A DNA stretch of 64,000 bases. Origin: Selaginella moellendorffii. Taxonomy: Eukaryota > Plantae > Lycopodiophyta. The translations under genes were made by a program, and so were the position numbers. Each line of letters opens with the position of its first letter. Positions within the stretch are counted from its first letter, which is position 1. The stretch spans positions 2,009,728 through 2,073,727 of the forward strand of contig NW_003314272.1 in the NCBI RefSeq assembly GCF_000143415.4, written 5' to 3'. The notes under the pieces were generated by a model, which was given only the letters and a program-made list of their open reading frames with translations, ran no database searches and was not told the origin of the DNA. Positions 25,397 through 41,560 of the stretch are shown piece by piece.

Positions 25397-26513
25397 ATTT
25401 GATAATAGAATAAGGAAATAATTCTGGCACAGGTGGGTGAAGTTGAATTAATGTATCTGCTGGAGATTTTGCTTGCGTGGGTTGATTGAAAGCAGTGGTG
25501 AAGCGCTTCCAGGGTGGTGGGTGCATGCCGCATTTATTACGAAGGACGCGGCAATAATTGTAAGCACGCCTCCTGTGCACATGCAACACATGGAGAGCGA
25601 TTAAGGTGAGATTAGTGTCCCCGCAGTAGCGAGCAGCAAGCACCTTAGGACTTGGGCATGTGACATCACAGCGGATTCTTGACCTTTTAGAGCTCCTCCG
25701 CTTCTTTGGCCACCCTTTTTTATTCGCCTGTTGAGTGTTAGTGTTTCTTCTCCTCCGCCTTGTGCCAAGCGAGGCGTAAATAACAGATGCTGCGGTTCGT
25801 CTGTCCTGCTGCATCCATTTTGTTTCGTTTTCCTGCTTGGCTTTCCTTAAAGTTCCTCGTTGAAACTTGTGAGCGAGAGTAAGTTTGTTTATAGGTAGTG
25901 TGGGGCATGAGGTTTGAGCTTGCTCTTCTCACCGTTTGAATCCCAGAGGAGGAGAGAATTAGAGCGAGCAAGCTGGCAGGATGGGCTGGATAAATCATCC
26001 GCGGGGAAATGTTATTTAAGGGATGGTTTGACTTGGGAGAGCTTTCTGCGCAGCTCGCGCGCTTCTTCCTTGCTCTGACTCTGGGGGCGAGGAAAGAAGG
26101 GCTCGACAGCTACACGGAGGTTTTTTTTATACAGCGCCTGTACATGCTTGCTGGGATTGAAGGGGGGAGGGGCCTGATCTGAACAGCAGCAGCTAGGCAT
26201 AGCTTGTCATTATAGGCTTCGTAGCTCCGGCCAGGGGCAACCGAAAGAATCCACACGGTTCTAGTTATATAACTTGTTCTTCTGACACTGGAGATCTCGT
26301 CCTTGTTTACGTGGTGCCGCGGCGCGTGTCGGTTTGGTTCCCTGTGGAGACACTGTATTTTTGCGACTGGATTTCTGGGACCCTCGACTTGTAGAGGTCT
26401 CATCGCTGCGATCGGGCGCCCAGCTCGGGCTGCTCGGGAGGGGAGAATTTTGCTTCATGCAGAGCTTTCTTGAGCTCTAGTATGGGTTGGAGGAGTGGCC
26501 GGACACTAGTGCA

Positions 26514-28302
26514 ATGGGAATAGTCTGCGAGCCTTTGTTCTTTGGTGGCGATCTCACGAGGAGGAGCTGTAGGAGGAGGCAGGAAGTGGCTTGCCGGAGC
26601 TCGAAGGGTGATTGCGATCCAGGTGGTGGCACTGGCGACTCATGCTTGACGAGTGATCACGAAGCGGCGGCAGCGGCGGCGGCGGAGGATTGCAGCACGG
26701 AGCTTGAAACGGCTCCAATTCGCGGCTCGTGTAGTGTCAACGATTCGTCTGCTGGCTCGAGTGGAGGGAGCAGCTCCTCCTGGACATGGCAGTCGAATTC
26801 TCCTGGGAGAATTGTTGAGAATGTCCTAGAGCAAGTCCAGAGCAAGGCATCATCGCCATCATCCTCTCCGGCAGCAGCAGAAGCAGCAGTCCAAGGATTT
26901 TCAGAAGGGGAGCGCGCAGTAGAGAACTGGCACGATCTTCTACAAGCCACCGACTTGCGTGACGATGGAATCGAGACGCTCCCGTCGCTAGTTTCCGCTG
27001 CCTTTCCCTCGGATCAGGAGCAGCACAAGGCACGGTTTCCGAGCTGGGACAACCGGCCTTCAAAGCTCTCAAGCCATCATCAAGCAGACTACGGTTGTTT
27101 CATGCAGCAGGACGGTGCGGCATTTGGTAGCAGCAGTAATGTGTTCAGACCACCACCGCAGTTCGTCGACAGTCACAACCTCAGCTTGAGCAGCCAGGCG
27201 ATGCTATTCGAAAGGCAGCACCAGCATCAGCAGGAATTCAACAGCTTTTCTTCGCATGTTTCGTATCCTCCCGGGGGGACTTTCAACTGTCACGACGGCG
27301 TCGCTGCGACTACTGGCAATTCAAGGAGCAACCTTGAGCTCCTCCTTGGATCGAGCGCTATAGATTTCAAGCAGCCACAGCAGGAAGAGCAGCAGATTAC
27401 AAGTCAGTGTCAAGGAGCTTTTGGTGGCAGCTGGAGTGCGAATGGAAACTTGGGAATTAATGGTCAGGCTGCGAGGAGGAATCACACGGGCGATGGAGGA
27501 GCAGGACAGTCACAGGCGCAGCAGCTACAGTCCATTTTTTTGCCGGGTCAAGGCAGCTCCAGGAAACCTGGCATTAAAACCGTGGAGGAGATGTCAAGGA
27601 GATGCTCGCTCCAAGACAACAACAGGGTAAGCGTCTCAAATTTGGTTCTTGCAAGCGTGTGCGGTGATTTCATGGCTGACGGAAGAAGTGGCTGACTTCT
27701 CTCTTTTCTTTCTGTTGGTTTTGATCAGGATGCAAAGCGTCACAAAGGCTCCACCGCGCAAAGGACAAGGTTTGGCGCTTCTTCCAAGAGAGGTAACTCT
27801 CACAAGCGGGAACCCGCGCTCAACACTAATCTTAAGCCGCGAGCAAAGCAAGGTTGTGCTAATGATCCACAAAGCATTGCTGCCAGAGTAAGAAAAAAAA
27901 GGAAGAAAAAATTGAGTCAAACTTACACTGGTGTGATGTTTTTATTGCAGCAACGAAGAGAACGGATAAGTGACCGGCTTAAAATCCTGCAGGAGCTCAT
28001 ACCAAATGGATCCAAGGTAGACTAGGAGAGCATTGGAAACTCTTTTTCTCTTCTTTTGCATTGGCTGATTTGTGGAAGAGCAGGTCGATCTGGTAACCAT
28101 GCTGGAGAAGGCCATCAACTACGTCAAGTTCTTGCAATTGCAAGTCAAAGTAAGCTTTAGCTGCATTTGTTGAAGGCCTTTCTTGCTAAATCTCAACTCT
28201 TTTTGCGCAAAGGTTCTTATGAACGATGAGTATTGGCCACCAAAGGGAGATGGAGAGGAAGGTGAGGAGAGAGCAGCAGTGTCGATTGGACTAACTACCT
28301 AA
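26514..28302 (+). CDS. RSL1: Class I RSL (RHD6/RSL1-like) bHLH transcription factor, multi-exon; last exon uncertain
   Basis: ALNTNLKPRARQGCANDPQSIAAR|QRRERISDRLKILQELIPNGSK|VDLVTMLEKAINYVKFLQLQVK|VLMNDEYWP. DPQSIAA, VDLVTMLEKA and the EYWP RSL motif match class I rather than class II (DPQSLYA/VDISTMLEEA). Confidence 0.9.
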
Positions 28303-30856
28303 AGTAAAACCGAAAGAACTTCGAAAGACAATCATCTATCATTCTCATTGTCAATCATTCTTAATGTCAATGAAACATTGAAAGTTTGGTTTCTTTTTTA
28401 TATTGTAAGTATGAAAACTTATTTTCTATAAACTAATTTTGCACTTCTTAAGATTATCCAGTGTCTCAGAAATACTTATTCCTGAGCAAAATTAGTTAAA
28501 CAGTAATTTGAGACATAAATATTAAAATAAAACTAATTCAAGCCAAGAACATTTATATTTCAATTTTACTTTAAACTTGTGATTTTTAATTAGTATTATT
28601 CTAAGAATTTTATTAGGATGAGTTTGTTCATAAAACTTTACTTTGTATTTATTTTAAAATCTATAATTTCGTAATACATTTAATTTAATCAAGAAAGCCA
28701 TGTTTTTTTTAATATAAATAATTTCTTCACTATGGTAATTGGGTATATTTATTTTTATTATGTAATGATAGCTAAAGCATTAAAATAATATATTTTGTAA
28801 ATTAATTTTCCTCAAGGACCTTGCACTTTTTATATTATGTTTAAAATATTTTTTATGAAACTCTTTTAATAATATTTAAACTTAAAATGACATCATAATA
28901 CATATTAAAGTGAGTTTAAAATAATATTGGAAGTTATAAATATTGTTTTTGCAACTTAGTCATAGTTAAATTCTTTTTGCTGGTATCTATTTCTAGTAAA
29001 TTTAAAATATTTACTAAACTAACAATAATGTGTTAAGCACTTCTTAATTTATTCCTAAATATTTTTCAAATTCTTTTTTCCTAAGATAAATGAACTTAAG
29101 GTTCAATTACATTCTTTATAAATATAAATTTATAAGTTTTTAACATCCTCCCTTGATATATGAAAATTTATTTATGGAGCTCTTTAAATTTTAAACATTA
29201 ATTGGGTATTTTAATTCAAAACATTAAAGGTAAATATCTTAATCTAGATTATATGATATAAATATTAAAAAGAATGTTGAAATATTTTTGGAAATAATAA
29301 TAACTAATGAGTTTTATGATGAGTTATAAATAGTATAATCAGCTGGTTGGTGTGTGCATGGTTATGTAAGCAATTGTGTGACAATGTGATATCTAAATAC
29401 GACAGGCGTAAATAGTATAAATCAATTAATCAAAGAATATTATGTTATTTATTTAATTAATTTATTCTATTCACTATTATAAATGAAATATTTTAATATT
29501 TTAATGCAAAAATTTAAAATAAGTAAATTTTAAAGTGAGTTTAAAAATCATAAAACCTAGAGATATAAGTTTTATCTTACACAAAGTTAAATCTAAAAAA
29601 TATAAAACTTGCTTTTAGTTTATTTGTATAAGTGAATTATTTAACTTAAATAATATTAGAAAATAGTTCTCATTATACTTACAATATACATATTTTTTTG
29701 TTTTTAAAAAATATACAAATAAAACATTAATATTTTAAAAATAAATTAGTCTACAATATTATCTATGAATTTTATTTATAATATTTAATATAATAAATTT
29801 AAATTAACTAAAATATATAATTTTTAACTCATTCTTTGTTTGATTTGTCATACAAAAAAAATATTTTTGTGGGTTAAGGTTATCAAGGATAAGTATATAT
29901 GATAAATAAAATGAAATAAAGATGATTAATAAGATACTTCTTTAGTATAGTGCTCTAGTGTGTTGCAATTATTAAAAATCAAGAATTAATTCTAAAGTTT
30001 TAATAAGTTAATATCTAAATTTATTTATAAACATCACTAAATATAAAATTTTTACCTAAAGAATATAAATATAATAACTTGATTTCATTTTGTTATGTAA
30101 TATGATACTATCATTATTTTCATTCTTATTAATATAAACAAATTTACTACTTTGACAAGTTTTAGTTGAAAGGATAAAACTATAAAGACTATATAAACCC
30201 ATGAATTTTTTATTAGTATTAGCTTCTAATAAATTAAATTGTATGATAAACCAAAAATTTATTAACTAAGTATTAATTACTTTTTCTCAAAAATCAGATT
30301 TTTCAAACTATATAAATTTTAACAATAAATCATATATGTAATAGTGTAGAAACAAAATTCATGGTCAAAAATATCATAAAATGAACATAATCAATTCTTC
30401 CTTTAGAATATCTTTACAGAAAAGTTGTAAAAGTAAAAATAAAATTTGGTAAACACGTGGCAGGTTTTGACTGGCCTAAGAAACAAAAGCGGAAAAAAAG
30501 CGGGGCCTCGGGTTCCTTGCTTTGTCAGCACCAGCTTTTCTAGCCTACCTTGTTGGTCACGGTTAGACTCTCTCACTCGCGTCGCGCATACAAAGCCCTT
30601 CTTCCTCCTCGTCAATCTCATCCATTCAACCCAATCCAAGAGCTAGCGACGTTTTTGTTTTGGGATGTGTGAGAAGAGCCTCCTCTTGTCCCTCGCCATC
30701 ATTGATCTGGGCTCTCGTCAACGAGGATACAAGTACCAGCAGAGATCCCAAGGAGGAAATCCAGGTAGAGTATCATCGGCAATTCTCTCCAATTCGCCAT
30801 CAATCGAGCTCTTCGAAGTAGAAGAAATCTTCTACCTCGCGAAATCCATCAAGGCA

Positions 30857-31495
30857 ATGTCCAGCAGCAGCAGCAGCAGCCACCAAAATGTGGAAGAGGG
30901 AGGAGTGATCAATCGCAATCGCGAGAAGGACGATGAGAGAGTAGCTCTGGTTGTGCGGGTGGAGGAAGAGGAGGTGGAAGAGCAGGATTCCACAAACAGG
31001 GGAACAACAGGGGCATCGATCCAGCAATTGGCGGCGCAAGCCATCGTGGGCGCTGCCCAATCGCACGAAATTCGCGACTCCACACTGGAATCCACGGCGC
31101 CTGCTACCCAATCTCTGGAATCTCAGGATGGAGCTGCCACGCCATCGCGCAGCCAGGAAGGAGGATTAGAATTGCGAGAATTGGAAGAGCTCCAGGCCAC
31201 TCCGAAAGGGGAAGAACACAGGATCCCAGAGCCAACAGAGTGCCCGCCAGCGCCTCGCAAGCTTCCCAGATCCTCCTCATTTCCTTCCTCTTCCTCGTTG
31301 CTGCTCTCCACGATTTCGTCTTCGTCCTCGAGGAAACGATCCGCCCAGCAAGCATTCTTCGTCCCTCCCGACTCGGAAGTGTTTGCTCCCCGGCCACGCC
31401 AGGAGCAAAACTCCAAGAAAGAAGAGGACGAACACAAGGAAGAAAAGGAAGAAGAGGATGATGAGAAAAACACCAAAGAAGAGGAACACCACTGA
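30857..31495 (+). CDS. SMR: SIAMESE-RELATED cyclin-dependent kinase inhibitor
   Basis: Motifs ATPKGEEHRIPEPTECPPAPRK and RKR..FFVPPDSEVF; intronless. Confidence 0.85.
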   Translation: MSSSSSSSHQNVEEGGVINRNREKDDERVALVVRVEEEEVEEQDSTNRGTTGASIQQLAAQAIVGAAQSHEIRDSTLESTAPATQSLESQDGAATPSRSQEGGLELRELEELQATPKGEEHRIPEPTECPPAPRKLPRSSSFPSSSSLLLSTISSSSSRKRSAQQAFFVPPDSEVFAPRPRQEQNSKKEEDEHKEEKEEEDDEKNTKEEEHH

Positions 31496-31669
31496 CAAAT
31501 TGAGAAGAATTTTTTTTATTTTTTACCCTATTGATTTTTTCACTGCTGACCACCATCTGTAATTTTATTGCAAGAACACCCAATAACACCATTCATTCCA
31601 TTCCTTAAAGCTCAAAAGCTCGTTTCGTTCGTACCTCTCGACTTGACGAAAAATCTCGGCCCAGAATTT

Positions 31670-34100
<2,431 letters not shown>

Positions 34101-34439
34101 TTGAAAAAAAAAATTAAAAAAAAATCGCCATTCAGGCCATTTACTTATAGCGAAAGGAGGCACCACTTGACGCCATGTAAGGGGCAACATGGCCATTGTC
34201 TTCTCGAGCCAGCACAGAGTTCGTTTATTTCCAAGAAACCTCGAAAGAATTTTCGAAAACTCAGATGGAGTGGTTGTAAGAGTTTTCTATTGATCGCGCC
34301 GGACAGGGGTGACCTGCTGCTTACGAAACAGACGCTATATCCACTGCGTGGATGCGCTCGAGAAAACTTTGATCTCTTAGCACTCTGTCGAAAACTGTTC
34401 TCAAGCTTCAAAATTGCAGAGAAACAAGGCAGTGCCCAA

Positions 34440-35150
34440 AATACACACGTCGTCCTGTCTGATAGATCCACGCGGCCAGAAACAATTCAACTGACAACAG
34501 GACCAACAATTTTCTTCTTGGGGCTACCTTAACGAGTTTAACGCCCCGGTCCTTGTAAAATTTCTGGTAGTGCTTCAAAATAATCTAAATATTATATGGT
34601 TCAGGGAAGACAACCTGTACAAAATAATCATCAAAAAAATAAAAATAACACACATTAGCATGCCAAATTACCGTAGTATCAATATTCCACGAGGATGACA
34701 TCCAATCCTATTTATTCACCTCCAATTAGAACTGTTTATTTGCTCCTTTCTGGTAGGGATAGATAATTCAAATATCTGTGTTCATATCAATCACTCACCA
34801 AGGAAGCTATCAAACTATCTGCATCAGCCAGGTCTAAAATAAAGTGAACACCTGGAAGGTTGCCTGAATTGAGGAGGAAAATTATGTAGACCGTCTACTT
34901 CATACATACCGGGCTGCAGTGCAACCTGTAGCGATTATACTTTGATTGTGTTGCCTGAGGAAGTTTTTAATGTCAAAGCAATAATATCAAGCCCGAAACA
35001 GTAGTTTCTTGCAACTTGATGCCAAAAAATGTAAAAGAAAAACAGAAACAAACAAGCAAAATGAGTCATACAGTAAGGTTGTTGCCATAATAAGTACCTC
35101 AATTACTTTCTCTTTGTACCATTCGGATGTTTGTCTCCCAACATATGAAA
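34440..35150 (-). pseudogene. Partial, degenerate duplicate of internal MDAR exons and introns
   Basis: Colinear similarity to 32700-33570 including introns (e.g. gggaagacaacctgtacaaaataatcatca, atgccaaattaccgtagtatcaatattccacgaggatg, tcaatcactcaccaaggaagcta), with many small deletions. Confidence 0.85.
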
Positions 35151-35499
35151 AATATGGCAATCAATCTGAAATACACTTAATATCTAGGGGTTTTGGGTTA
35201 TAGTTATATAGGTGTGACTGTATGGCTAATGGCCATTTTCTCTATGGAATACATGGAAATACATAAGGTTCTTTGAGAATTGATATCATTGGAATTCCTA
35301 TAAAGCTTTTTTGGTATTTATAACACCTTTCAAAAAAATAATCCTGGGGATTAGGGCTAAGAGATTTTGGGTTTATGGGTGTTAATTTTTTGATTTGGTT
35401 AAAGAGTAGTGAAGTAAGAGATTATTGATGTGTACTTTAAATTTTCTATAATTGCATTAGATAATAAAAGATATATAATATATTAAAAAAACTTATTTC

Positions 35500-36080
35500 A
35501 ATATTGGACAGAGGATCAATTTGCTCTATCAAAATATTCATAAGCAATCATGAATATAGTAAAGCCATGCATTTAGGGAATAATGAAGTTTCTTCTACTT
35601 GGATTTGAATTATATTAAAATTTAGTGGAAAAGTCTAGTCTCAAAACTAAAAGTATAATTAAAGAAATTTATCAAGAAATTGGTGTGAATGTATCCTATA
35701 TAAAAATATGGGGAAGAAAAAAAAAGTACTCAAGTGATTCACAAGAATCATACTCAATAATACACTAAGCATTTAACTTACTGTTAAATGCTCATCACGG
35801 ACAATTCTAGCAATTACATTTTATTGCAAAAGAAAGATGATAATGTTGTTATTTATTGTATATGGAACATCTCTAAAGGGCTTTTAGTATTACAAATTTT
35901 TGGCTGATTTAGATGAAACATATTTAGATTTTTTATTAATTGCTATTAAAGTTGATGTTAAAAGAGCATTTCCTTATGATTATTGCAAATTAAATATGTT
36001 ATAGAACCTAAAAAGTGTATCAAAGGCAATTACATTTTTGTTAGACAAATAGAAAGGCATAATTGTTGTGAATGTGATTA
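35500..36080 (+). mobile_element. Highly decayed MuDR/MULE transposase relic
   Basis: Broken frames read SSTWI..KSIIKEIYQEIGVNVSYIKIWGRKK and LDETYL..LLIAIKVDV..FP, echoing MULE 'pk.i...gv.vsy.kaw' and 'iDGThl..LLiAvgvDan..lfPla' blocks. Confidence 0.55.
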
Positions 36081-36599
36081 CGGGTATTGAAAGTTATATA
36101 TTGGCTAGTCTTTTCGGATATTCTTTTATTACTGCCATGATAGCAGAAGGTCAGTATTGCTGAACCCTTCTTATTCTTCACCTAAACTAGTTGAGAAATT
36201 AGTCATCATGTATGTACTTATGCCGGATAAATATAAGGTAGGAACTCTTATATGTTTGTTGCTGAGCATACTTGGTTTGGTATGAGAAACTCATATGTTG
36301 ATTTACTCTTGCTAGTATTAGAAACCCCCACAATATTGAGTTTAGTCCCTTAATATTTGTTAAATGATAACTTGCCGTGTTTACTAAACACCTTTGCTAT
36401 CATGCCGTTTGTGTTGGTTCTATCTGTCCTAATTACTATTTATGGAAAGTGTCTAAATTTATTAATTTGGCATATCTACAAAATGTAAAGATTGTTCTAA
36501 AAACAATGGTGTTGATCTTGTGTCCAAATTCACAATTTAGTGTCATTTTATATTTAGTAAGTTTATCCCAAATATTAATTTTTGGTACCAAGGGTGACT

Positions 36600-39500
36600 A
36601 AGGGTGAAAGCCCAAAGCATGTGTTCCTCAAGAAGGGGGAAGGGCTATTGGGGGTTCCAAATGTATAGTAGGGATAATGGGTAAGTCAAATATAATTGAC
36701 CAACCTAAGGTATAGTATAACTCCTGCTTGCATGCTTATCCTTATTTTGAGTTTAGCTTGGGTCTAAGCCCAAGTTCCATATTATGATAACTGGTGGAGT
36801 ACCTATATCCTTATGTTAGGTCACCAGTATGCTAAAATAGTGCTAAACTCTATTTAGCTTTATTTTGCATGTTAGTCTTGGCATTGGGATGTTGGAAACT
36901 TTAAGACTATTCTAAGTCGCTCTATACTCTTGTCCTTTTGCTTTTTGGGCTATATATTTAAGAGTTGTTCCGTGCTCCAGTTCTTATATTCCTAGGCTTT
37001 ATGCTCGGGAGTTTGGCTCTATTCCTTCATTTAGTGGCCCAAGGCCTTTACTCCATTGTCATTGGACACGTGGCATATGTCATATGAAGGGTTAGGTTCT
37101 GCTTCATAGTTATTTTATGGTAAATCAAAAGGGTGAAAACCACATGCACTACAATAATTAAAGATGTTGAAAAAATCTTCAATAATATTGAGTAATAACT
37201 ATTGCAAAAACTTCTAAATAAATTTAGAGTTTGGAGCTAAGATAAGGGTGTAAGCTATAAATTTTCTTTTTCAAATTTGCCAACTTAATTTATCTATTCA
37301 ACCACCTTTACCTTAACCTCAATCAAATTCTTTTGCCAATGTTATGTCTATTGTACTAACTCTCACTTGGTCCTATTTAGATTCAATTATTCACTATATG
37401 AGTAACATGTGTTAGCCATCCATCACAAATTCCTAAATTCTCTCTTAATTCCTTCTCTGAGTTATATTAGACTTAAAATTTGACTACACTCCTTGCAAAC
37501 ACAAGTAGCTAAACACACCAAGCCCTTATATTCTTAACATCCCTTGTATAATAAAATGCATTGTATTGCATTTTATCCCCCCCCCCTTCCCTTGGTTTGT
37601 ACTTAGGAATTTTTTGAGGGATAAATTCCACTTCAGTTTGCTCAACCTTGTTTAATTCTACCTCAATGTCTACTAAAGGGTGTCTTTTTTATTGTTAGCA
37701 TTAACAATCTTTTGTCTTTTCTTCTATTTCTCATCACACTTTAGTTTACATATGAGTGTCTTTAGCAGAGCATTGATCTATGCCAATTACCCTTCTAAAG
37801 TGTTCAATAAAGCCCTAAGTGACTAAACCTTGCCATTAAACTCACACTTGGATATCTTTTTAGGGATTCCTCATCCACAACTTCTAGTTCAACTGAAAGC
37901 TCCATTTCCAAAAGAGTTTTTATATCTGCTTTGGTTTGCTTATGTCCTACCTTAGTCATCTCCTAGTGATCTACTTTTATCCTTTGTTAAAACTGAGAAA
38001 AAGGCTTTAATATTAAATTGTAAGCCATAAATTTTTCTTTCTCTAATTTGCTAGCTTATCTCCTCTATTTGACCACCTTCACCTTGATTTTAGTTAAGTT
38101 CGTTTGTTGCCAATGTTTATGCATATTGTACCAGCTTTTACTTGATCCTACTTTGATTTAGCTACTCACTACACAAAGTACAAGATGTTAGCAATCCATC
38201 TATAAATTCCTAAATTCTCTTTCAATCCCCCTCTTTAGGTTTAACTAAATTTAAAGTTTGGCTACACTCCCCGCAAGTATAAGTAGCCAAGCACATCAAG
38301 TCTCTAGGTTCTTAATATCCCTTGGTATAACAAAACTTGATTATGAGACCTTTTAAATCCCAAGCCTTAAATGCATTTCTTATTTCGGGATTTTGGGGGG
38401 AAATACCATGGCCTAATTACTTAGTATAAGTACCTTTACTCCCCAAAGGTAAGGCTTAAACCCCTAAGAAAGAGTGAGGACTAATGAGTTATATAATACT
38501 TAAATGGGGCACCATTCCACTTAAGTCAGGAGCATTATAGTTGGTTTCTCTTTTGGGAGTGGGAGTTACTTTTAAACACTTCCTTGAGGGGCCTCTCTAA
38601 CATTTCTAGAGTCCATGCTCATTCTCACTTAATACCACTAACCCCTAGTCCTAACCTTAATTTAGTTTGAAAACATTATTGATTATTTGGGTCACCACAC
38701 TCTAATCGTATGCCTTCCAGCTTAAGTTGTGCCATTCTCATTTTCATTGGGATTCCTTTGGCAAAGGATTCTTATGAACCCACTAACTTGACCTCAAGGC
38801 ATCATACCTTGGCACATTTGGTGTCTCCACACCATTGGCTCTACAAACCTACCCTTACAACTCTTCTCATTTGTGTCTAAATCTTTGCCCAGACCAAAAC
38901 AATTGTTTCTTATGCCAACTATCAGTTAGCCCTATATACACAACTTTGCGCCAAAGTTGTTTTCTTCTAGGAACATCTTTCCCACAACATTAGTATAGCA
39001 CATTCTACCATCAATGAGATATTTATTGTTTTCATATTTGGATCTTATGATCCTCTCCATCCTTCGTAGGGTATAACACACCTCAATCCAAATGCTTCTA
39101 CCAATCCTTTTGGACCATTCCTTGACTCCACTCGAGTCATCTAGCTTTTTGGACTTTTGCTCATTCGACGACCCTTAAAATACTAGCCTCCCAGCTATTT
39201 TTTAGGTGTCAGTTCACTTGAATACATTTTTTTGTATTTATGTCCTACTTACAAGGACCATCTTTACAAGTGTTACTATTTTCCGTTCCTTGTAGGCTAC
39301 CTTTGCCTCTTAGGATTATCCGTCCATATGATGAGAATACTAACTTATCCTCTAAATACACCCCAACTCCTTGGGTTTGTTCCAACATTTATAAAAGGTA
39401 ACCTTGGCTACCATTTCAAGGACTCATATCCTTATCCATATTTAACTTCTCACAATTATTAATTTTGGTATCAAATTCATGAGTACCAACCTCAATTGTA

Positions 39501-40970
39501 TGAGGATAATTTTGTGACTCTTTTATTATTTTGGAGTGTCTATCTTTTCTGTTTATCACAATTATATTAACCAGTTTGCTAAGTCAAATGCTCATCTGGA
39601 TTACATCCTCAACTCTCTAAAGAAAATTTTATACTGTTCCCAAGATCCCAAAGTCGGTCCCTTATTGACCATTTTCTATCCACCACTTTACCTACAAGTT
39701 CATACATGAACTGTAGTGGAGAGTTATGTCCTCCCAACCTACTACTTCTCAAGGATAGGCCCACTCCTAAGACCTTCCAATGCTAACCACAAGTGGTGAT
39801 ATACTTGAGCACCAATAACAATCAGACTAAGGAATAGCTCCAATTTGTAAGCAACTAAATTTTCTATTTTACTTTAGTCACTTAACTACACCTTCAACCA
39901 CCTGGAGGAGTTTCACTCACAACCTCTATAAGTCTTATTCCGGACTTAGGGCTTGCTAGCCCTAGGAATGGCATCCATGCCATTCAACCTTTGCACTTGG
40001 TCCAAGTGCTCCACATATTTAATTCTATAACCGACACTTAAAGGTACCATTAACATATTAGCTTATTACGTTAAGGCTATGGCCATTCACCTTTGTTATA
40101 CTGGTGAACCAACACCATTTGCAACACAATCCCATCTCTCAAAAACTAGGCCATCCATTCATGAGTGATCATCCTAGATCCACCCCTTAGCATCCTTAAG
40201 ATGCTTGCAAATAGCCTTCCTCAATATCCCTTTTTCAATCCCACTAAATCCCTTTCTGTCCATGGCCGTGTTCACCAACACTGCCATTGGGTCAAGGCCC
40301 ACTGGCTTGACCACTAAGTCCCACTGTCCTTTGGGACTTTCTCACCATGTGACCATATCTTTAGTCATTATACTAGAGGACTACTTCTCTTCCATTCCAT
40401 AGTCTGGGATTTTGGGACAACATTTCAAAACACCATGGCTCTATACAAGCTTCATGGGTACTCTCCTCACACCTTTAAGTGCTCTAGCCATGGGGCTAGA
40501 GCAAAATTCCATTGAGCCATGCTAGGTATCCAAATAGGTAGTGCCACCCATACTTGGACTGGGAGTATCGATCATTCAATCTCCTGGGGGAACTAGAGTT
40601 AGCTCTTGAACACTTCACCAAGCTACCTTGTTTGTTTATCTGTATTCACTCTAGCTTTGGACTCCTCAATGGATATATCATCACCCAGCACATGGACATA
40701 ACCTTCCTATGTCACATTAGCCTTTCCTAGTCACCCCCACTAGGTTTAACTCCCACACTCTTTCTATTATACTTTTGGAATCCCCTATAGCAGCCCCCCC
40801 TTCCAGGGGGACAATCACTTTGGGCTTTCACCCAATAGCTTGTATTAGTATTCGGACTCAGACTTAGACATGGTCTTAGTCTCGATCTCAGTCTCAGTTC
40901 CATCTTGAACTCCATTTTAGGTCCATCTCAGACTTTATCTTGGACTCCATCTTAAGTCCATCTCGGACTC
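36600..40970. mobile_element. Decayed LTR-retrotransposon debris: Copia-like pol on + (about 38800-40810), an inverted copy of its 3' end (about 36600-36800), and duplicated gag-like segments
   Basis: 39886-39975 reads YLQPPGG..LYKSYSGL..SPRNW (Copia RT 'YM.QPPG..KSLYGLKQSPRAW'). 40480-40520 resembles RNase H 'SS.EAEfRAM'. gggctttcaccc at about 40821 has an inverted match gggtgaaagccc at 36602 with extended flanking similarity. 37330-37560 and 38105-38335 are diverged direct repeats. Confidence 0.5.
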
Positions 40971-41560
40971 TTCCATGTGTCATGTGTTGGTCCTCTTGTG
41001 TCCCTTTTCTAAAGACTCACTTACTATTTGCTTTGTGCTTGTTCCTCGAGCATTTTGTTAGGTGTTCCACTCCCACTCTCGACTGTTCAAGTTGGAGCTT
41101 TTAGTCCAAATGTGTTACTCTCATTTGGCTTCCATTTCAACCACTACCACATGGCACCCTTTTAGCTCCACTTTTCGGGCTCTTGGATTTGTGTCTTATA
41201 TTATGGCACTAGATGCCTCATTTCCACCACCACTCGCAGCTTCTCTTGTGCTATAGATAAGTTCTACATTTCCCTGCTCTTTAGAACCATTTGGTTGAAC
41301 ACTTGGTTCAGGATCAACCATTGCTTGGATCTGAACACCACTGCTCCCACCATAGTCTTCCTCCAAAGCAGCACCTTGAACTTGTGAGGTGTCCCTAGTG
41401 AATCTAGCACAATGATCTAGTTGTTTTCCTAGAGAATGGGTCTATTGAGTTTGACCATCACACTTCTTCTATTGTGGCATGATTTATATATTCGCATAAA
41501 AATGACAAATAAACTTGAGTAAATATTAAAAAAAAGTTTTGAAGAAAAATAGGATCAATT

